IMG/VR virus record: IMGVR_UViG_3300022468_000627
Location: 1-64,000 of that record
Reading direction: 5' to 3' (one strand)
Length of the DNA stretch: 64,000 nucleotides
Origin: a virus
The translations under genes were made by a program, and so were the position numbers. Positions within the stretch are counted from its first letter, which is position 1, and each line of letters starts with the position of its first letter. The notes beneath the pieces were generated by a model. It was not told the origin of the DNA, did not search any database, and saw only the letters and a program-made list of their open reading frames with translations. Of this stretch, positions 59,841 through 64,000 are shown piece by piece.

Positions 59841-60071
59841 TCAGAGCTTGCTGGGCAGCGTCAGCGCCAGCGAGGCGACGTTGGTCGTGCCGGCCGCCGT
59901 GGCGATGGCAGCCGACGAGGCGCCAGCCGCACCGATGGCGTCCAGCTTCGCCAGGATGGCGTTCTGGTTGGAGATGACGTTCTCCAGCATGTCACCCAGC
60001 TTGGCGTTGCCAGCGGCCGGGTTCATGCGGTTCAGGTCGTTCTTGAGATTGCCGGAGCCTTTGGTGCTCAT
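59841..60071 (-). CDS. Small hypothetical protein (76 aa)
   Basis: MSTKGSGNLKNDLNRMNPAAGNAKLGDMLENVISNQNAILAKLD... is protein-like. Confidence 0.5.
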   Translation of the reverse strand: MSTKGSGNLKNDLNRMNPAAGNAKLGDMLENVISNQNAILAKLDAIGAAGASSAAIATAAGTTNVASLALTLPSKL

Positions 60072-60105
60072 GATGGTCTTTCAAGTGTGGGCTCGCGCCC
60101 GGTTG

Positions 60106-60414
60106 TTACTGCTGCTCGCCAGCCTTGGCCTTCTCGGCGGCTTCGACTTCGGTGCGCAGGCGGTCAATGCCCCAGTTGCTCTTGACCTTGAGCTCGACGG
60201 CCTCGGCGCGGGCCAGCAGGGCGTCTTTCTCGGCGGTCGCGGCGGGGTCTTCGGCGGGCTTGGCGCCCACCAGCTCATAGCCGGGGATCTCGGCGAACGC
60301 GGCAGCCTGGTCGTCGGGGATGTCCTCGGAAAGCATGCCCTTGTCGTGGGCGTCGAACTTGACGCCGTTGATCAGCTCGCTGGCGTTGGGAAGGGTGCAC
60401 AGAACTTTTGCCAT
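60106..60414 (-). CDS. Hypothetical head-associated protein (102 aa)
   Basis: AGGAGA SD. Acidic, with a coiled C-terminus. Follows the capsid gene. Confidence 0.55.
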   Translation of the reverse strand: MAKVLCTLPNASELINGVKFDAHDKGMLSEDIPDDQAAAFAEIPGYELVGAKPAEDPAATAEKDALLARAEAVELKVKSNWGIDRLRTEVEAAEKAKAGEQQ

Positions 60415-60437
60415 GGGTTTCTCCTGGGTTGGGGAAA

Positions 60438-60457
60438 GGGCGCCCCGGAGGGCGCCC
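60438..60457 (-). terminator. GC hairpin / weak attenuator after major capsid gene
   Basis: GGGCGCCC-CGGA-GGGCGCCC stem-loop followed (minus strand) by TTTCCCC. The T tract is weak. Confidence 0.4.
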
Positions 60458-60473
60458 CTTACTGGTCAGCCGA

Positions 60474-61928
60474 TCAGTTGAAGGGCTTCCACTTCGCGCC
60501 GCTGGGCAGGATGTTCTTGATCACGGCGTGGTGGCGACGCTTGGTGATGCGCAGGTAGCCGAACATCAGCTGGGCCCAGGGGATGACCGCGGCGTTGGTC
60601 GGGTACAGCGGGAACTTCATCATGGGCAGGAGCTGGCGCCAGTTGATGGCATGGTCGCCGGGGCTCATGTTCAGGATGTAGGACTTGGTGGTGCCCGGGA
60701 TGTCGCGGTTCAGGTCCACGTAGGTGGTGGTCGCGCCGGCGCAGGCCACGCGAACCATCTGGCGGAAGTCGCTCGGCGTGTTGGTGCCGCTCAGGCGGCT
60801 GCGATAGATCGCGTAGCCGGTTTCCTGGGCGCCAGCGGAGCGGGTGATGGTCAGGGTCACCTTCTTGCCAGCGGCCACGGCCACCTGGGCGCTGATCACG
60901 CCGGTGGACTGGCCCTTGGAGTTGAGGCCGGTCACCAGGTAGTAGTAGTTGCCGGCGCGGCCAGCGGTGAAGTTGCTCGACGCATCGCTCACGGTGGCGT
61001 CGGTGGCCAGCGTGGGCTTGAGGCCGTCGTTGGCTGCGGCCAGGGTCGGGTAGGTCACCTGGAAGGGCACGGTCTGGTCGCCGTCGTTGATGAACACGTC
61101 GTTCATCGTCTTGACGTCACCCCAGGAGGTGCGGATGCCCACCACGGGGGAGCCCAGCGAGATACCGCCGTTCGGCACGTTGTTCAGGCTCACGCGGAAA
61201 GCGGGGTCCAGACCGGTGTCGAAATCGGCCTGCACCAGCTGCGACATGAACAGGTGGGTCGGCGTGCCGAAGTTGTCGCGCTTGGAGACCTGGGCGGCAG
61301 CGGCGTTCACCAGGTTGATCGAGGCCAGGGAATTGGCGTCGGCGTCCAGGATGTTGCCGGTATCGACCTGGCCGGCGTTCACGCCAGCGAGGATCTGGGC
61401 GTAGATGCCGTCGAATTCGGTCGGCACCACAGCGCTGTCACCCTCGAAGCTCAGGTACTCGGCATCGGTCAGCAGCTGCTTGGCGCCGGCCTGCTGTTCG
61501 ATGGCTTCCGAGTTGGCGATGTTGTTGCCCAGGGTGGACACCAGCGAGACCTGACGCTTGGTCATCAGGTACTTCACCAGGCCCACGCGGCGAGCGTAGG
61601 AACCGGTGCTCTCGTCGATGACGCCGGTTTCGGTGTTGGTCGAGCCGCCCAGGAAGCCGCCGACGCCGGACTGTTCAGTCCATTCGTCCACGGTCGCGCC
61701 AGCGCCAGTCTTGGCCAGTTCGTTGAACAGCTTGAAGTGCTTGTTCTCCTGGATGGTGGCCTGCATCGTGCGATCCAGGGACTGGATGCGGAACGAGCTG
61801 CCACCGACCAGGGTGGAGGTGTCGGTGCCGTAACCAGCCGTCAGAGCCTTTTGCAGCTCGGCGATCGCGGTACCTTCCATGGAGCCAGTGGTGGATGCAC
61901 CGGCCGCGAGTTCAGGCAAATTGAACAT
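60474..61928 (-). CDS. Major capsid protein (484 aa)
   Basis: Follows the protease and scaffold genes. Its size and composition fit an HK97-fold MCP of the large (DUF5309/SU10-like) type (memory). Confidence 0.8.
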   Translation of the reverse strand: MFNLPELAAGASTTGSMEGTAIAELQKALTAGYGTDTSTLVGGSSFRIQSLDRTMQATIQENKHFKLFNELAKTGAGATVDEWTEQSGVGGFLGGSTNTETGVIDESTGSYARRVGLVKYLMTKRQVSLVSTLGNNIANSEAIEQQAGAKQLLTDAEYLSFEGDSAVVPTEFDGIYAQILAGVNAGQVDTGNILDADANSLASINLVNAAAAQVSKRDNFGTPTHLFMSQLVQADFDTGLDPAFRVSLNNVPNGGISLGSPVVGIRTSWGDVKTMNDVFINDGDQTVPFQVTYPTLAAANDGLKPTLATDATVSDASSNFTAGRAGNYYYLVTGLNSKGQSTGVISAQVAVAAGKKVTLTITRSAGAQETGYAIYRSRLSGTNTPSDFRQMVRVACAGATTTYVDLNRDIPGTTKSYILNMSPGDHAINWRQLLPMMKFPLYPTNAAVIPWAQLMFGYLRITKRRHHAVIKNILPSGAKWKPFN

Positions 61929-61954
61929 TGAATTTCCTCTCTGAAAGGACGTGG

Positions 61955-62599
61955 TTACTGCATCACGCGAGCGACGATGCTGGGGGGGATGGCCTGGCCC
62001 TTGTTCAGGCAGGTCTCAGCCATGGCGATGTCGATGCCCGAGATGCGGCCTTCTTTCTGAGCGTTCAGCGCCTTGGCGAAGAACACTTCGGGGGTCACGC
62101 CATCGGCGGCGCCAATGGACTTGGCCATGGTGTCGGTGTTGGCGGTGGCGGCGGGCTTCTCGACCACGGACAGCACGGCTTTGCGGCCACGGCCTTCGCC
62201 GGACAGCTTGGCGACGCGCTCGGTCAGAGACTTGATCAGCTCGCCCTGGCCCTTGATCAGCTCCACGGTCTGGCCGAGGGCCTTCGCCAGGTTGCTGTCG
62301 AGGCCTTCGACGCGCTCGCTCAGGGACTTGAGCATTTCGCTGCCGTCGAAAGCCTGCACCTTGGTGCCGTCGTCGAGGGTCAGCTCGAAGGACTTGGCCA
62401 TGGGGTCGCCATCGCCATCGGCGCCGTCGGCAGGCTTCTCGCCCTTGCCGTCGCCGCCTTCACCCGCCCCGCCTTCCTCGGCGGCAGCTTGGATTTTCTT
62501 TTCATCCTCGCCGTTGTCCGCCGGGAGGGCTTTGGCGAGCTCGGTTTGCTCAGTGGTGAGCGTTTGCAGCTCACCCATCAGCTTCTCGAAATCACTCAT
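61955..62599 (-). CDS. Scaffolding protein candidate (214 aa)
   Basis: Acidic, Gly/Asp/Glu-rich and coiled-coil-like. Lies between the protease and the MCP. ATGA-coupled. Confidence 0.65.
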   Translation of the reverse strand: MSDFEKLMGELQTLTTEQTELAKALPADNGEDEKKIQAAAEEGGAGEGGDGKGEKPADGADGDGDPMAKSFELTLDDGTKVQAFDGSEMLKSLSERVEGLDSNLAKALGQTVELIKGQGELIKSLTERVAKLSGEGRGRKAVLSVVEKPAATANTDTMAKSIGAADGVTPEVFFAKALNAQKEGRISGIDIAMAETCLNKGQAIPPSIVARVMQ

Positions 62600-63507
62600 T
62601 GCTTACTCCGTTTGTTGAGACCGATTTTCAAATCGCGCATGAAGCGCTCCACCCATTCAGCGGCCTGGTCCGGCGGGATGCTGAATTGATCGGCGGCGAA
62701 CTTGACGAGCTCGCGAGCGCCAGGGTTCTGGCCGGCAGAGCCGGCTCGCATGCCTCCCGCGAGCTTGTCGCGGAAGTCGAAATAGGAATGGATCTTGTGA
62801 TCCAGGGACTGGCGGCGCATCGCGGCCCCACCAGACAGCACGGCCGAGTCGGTGCCGTAGCCGGCCTCCAGGGCCTTGGCGAAGTCCAGGCCGGCCGACG
62901 TCCACGACTTTGCGAACGCGCCCAGCGGGATCGTCGCGCAGGTGCCAACGTGCTGGTTCACCGGGGTCTTGCTCACGCCGATGTTGGTCCAACGAACCTT
63001 GGACACGATGGCCTTGCGCAGCTTGGTCTTGGGGTCGATCTCGATCCCCTTCGCCAGCACGGCGCCGCCGACCGACGGATACCAGCGCTGCGGCGGGTTC
63101 AGGTCGGTGATGCTCGACCAAAAGTCGTTGGCACGCTCAGCCGCCGGGCCGCTGCCGGTGTAAATCTCAGCCTTCACGAACGTGGTCTTGCCGGTCTGGC
63201 GCACGTCGATGGGACGGCCAATCTCATAGAGCTCGCAGCCAGGAATCCCGGGGCGGCCCTTGGCCGGGTCCGGCTTGCCGATCAGCGTGTAATGGTCGAT
63301 GTCGATGTTGCCGTAGCGCTTGAAGTAGTCGGCCGACTCGGCGAGCGCCTTGGCGGCGATGACCTCGTCCTGCTGGTCGACGCCCTCATTGCTGGCCTCA
63401 AAGTAGACGACGCGCTGCCCGCCATCGGTGTGAGGCGTGGCCTTGAGCATGTTACCGATGCTCAAATAGTCGGGGATGCCCGCAAGCAGCTGGTCGTCGC
63501 TGAACAT
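62596..63507 (-). CDS. Prohead protease candidate (303 aa)
   Basis: Position upstream of the scaffold and MCP. GNIDIDHYT and YPSVGGAV are possible His/Ser catalytic sites. The C-terminal part shares a block with the MCP N-terminus. Confidence 0.65.
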   Translation of the reverse strand: MFSDDQLLAGIPDYLSIGNMLKATPHTDGGQRVVYFEASNEGVDQQDEVIAAKALAESADYFKRYGNIDIDHYTLIGKPDPAKGRPGIPGCELYEIGRPIDVRQTGKTTFVKAEIYTGSGPAAERANDFWSSITDLNPPQRWYPSVGGAVLAKGIEIDPKTKLRKAIVSKVRWTNIGVSKTPVNQHVGTCATIPLGAFAKSWTSAGLDFAKALEAGYGTDSAVLSGGAAMRRQSLDHKIHSYFDFRDKLAGGMRAGSAGQNPGARELVKFAADQFSIPPDQAAEWVERFMRDLKIGLNKRSKQ

Positions 63508-63513
63508 GCGGGT

Positions 63514-63531
63514 GATTTTGTTGTCACGACG
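63514..63531 (-). promoter_or_regulatory. Junction motif copy (CGTCGTGAC-AA-CAAAATC)
   Basis: Lies downstream of the terminator 63554..63577. The hexamer ends 7 nt before the protease ATG 63507, with no SD. Confidence 0.6.
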
Positions 63532-63553
63532 CGACGCGCATTTTCCGCGCGCA

Positions 63554-63577
63554 CAAAAAAAGCCCGCCGAAGCGGGC
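63554..63577 (-). terminator. Rho-independent terminator upstream of the protease gene
   Basis: Minus strand: GCCCGC-TTCG-GCGGGC followed by TTTTTTT. Confidence 0.75.
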
Positions 63578-63605
63578 TAACTCTCTGTCTCTGTCGCGCT
63601 GCCGA

Positions 63606-63848
63606 TTATGCCAGTGCAGCCCGGGCTTGTGCGATGACCTGCTGCAGCCGACCGCGCTCCTCGACCATCTCCATGTAGGCATCGGGCTCGCTGGTGGACT
63701 TGGCCTGCGCGGCGGGCAGCTTGCCCTCGATGTCATCGAGCAGGTGCTGTGCGCGCTCCAAAATCTGGCGCTCCATCGCCTCGGTCTGCTGCGCCATGGC
63801 GCCCAGCTCGCCAAGCTGGCGGCGGGTGTTCTCGATGTGCTGCGTCAC
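63606..63848 (-). CDS. Small coiled-coil protein (80 aa), GTG start
   Basis: GTG 63848 overlaps the upstream stop (GTGA). Sequence VTQHIENTRRQLGELGAMAQQTEAMERQILERAQHLLDDIEGKL... Confidence 0.45.
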   Translation of the reverse strand: MTQHIENTRRQLGELGAMAQQTEAMERQILERAQHLLDDIEGKLPAAQAKSTSEPDAYMEMVEERGRLQQVIAQARAALA

Positions 63849-64000
63849 TTGCTGACCTCGGACAGGCACCAAGCCCGCATGTCGGGCTGGCGGATGTTGT
63901 AGCACTGCGAGCGCTCACGGTGCACGCGCGCCAGGCAGTAGCTGCGGGCGTCGCCGTCCGCGATGTTGTAGCAGGCGCCCGAGTGGGGCTGCTGGGCGTT
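63845..64000 (-). CDS. Hypothetical protein, 5'-truncated by window edge, with CYNI-type Cys repeats
   Basis: Not in the track. Hand translation gives NAQQPHSGACYNIADGDARSYCLARVHRERSQCYNIRQPDMRAWCLSEVSK*. Confidence 0.45.
   Translation of the reverse strand, partial: NAQQPHSGACYNIADGDARSYCLARVHRERSQCYNIRQPDMRAWCLSEVSK

Larger units (their letters stand above)
1..64000. mobile_element. Temperate contractile-tailed phage genome segment in attP (non-integrated or circularly permuted) configuration
   Basis: The integrase and an attP-like tRNA 3' half (28.1-29.6 kb) are flanked on both sides by phage genes. Early, replication and recombination modules lie to the left; lysis, fibre, baseplate, tape-measure, sheath/tube and head modules lie to the right. 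No host housekeeping genes were recognised. Confidence 0.85.

Noticed and set aside
1-64000. A diversity-generating retroelement, retron, CRISPR array, toxin-antitoxin pair or known defence system
   Set aside because: No reverse-transcriptase-like ORF was seen, nor a template/variable repeat pair near the fibre genes, a spacer-repeat array or a recognisable TA or defence gene signature by eye. This cannot be excluded without profile searches.

Overview
The window is high-GC DNA (roughly two-thirds G+C by eye). It reads as one continuous temperate, contractile-tailed phage genome segment, not host chromosome. Layout: (i) 1-3444, a leftward operon of small Cys-rich proteins, a winged-helix protein, an HExxH metallopeptidase and a lipoprotein. 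(ii) 3445-3858, a strongly AT-rich, repeat-dense divergent control region. (iii) 3859-11421, a rightward early operon of mostly unknown small proteins, one of them sliding-clamp-like. (iv) 11659-19629, a leftward replication operon: HTH regulator, C5 DNA methyltransferase, SF2 helicase, SSB, VRR-NUC nuclease and TOPRIM primase/helicase. (v) 19847-28083, a rightward recombination/accessory operon: PD-(D/E)XK exonuclease, Rad50/SMC-like ATPase, annealing-protein candidate, a lower-GC HTH+HNH insert, an SF1 Dda/RecD-like helicase and a MazG-like protein. (vi) 28114-29607, a tyrosine integrase plus an attP-like 3' half of tRNA-Gly(CCC). (vii) 29825-30316, two rightward genes including a TraR/DksA-type zinc finger. 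(viii) 30317-64000, the leftward late region: spanins, GH19 endolysin, holins, tail-collar/fibre genes, baseplate, tape measure with a lysozyme-like C-terminus, recoded chaperone, tube, sheath, neck, a 744-aa protein built from 28 in-phase 22-residue repeats, major capsid, scaffold and prohead protease. Terminase and portal are not in the window. The most notable non-genic signal is a 17-18 nt motif (CGTCGTGAC-NN-CAnAAT) at 9 or more gene junctions, usually 6-9 nt upstream of ATG codons that lack a Shine-Dalgarno. All functional calls rest on motif recognition from memory, hand translation and gene context; no database search or program could be run.
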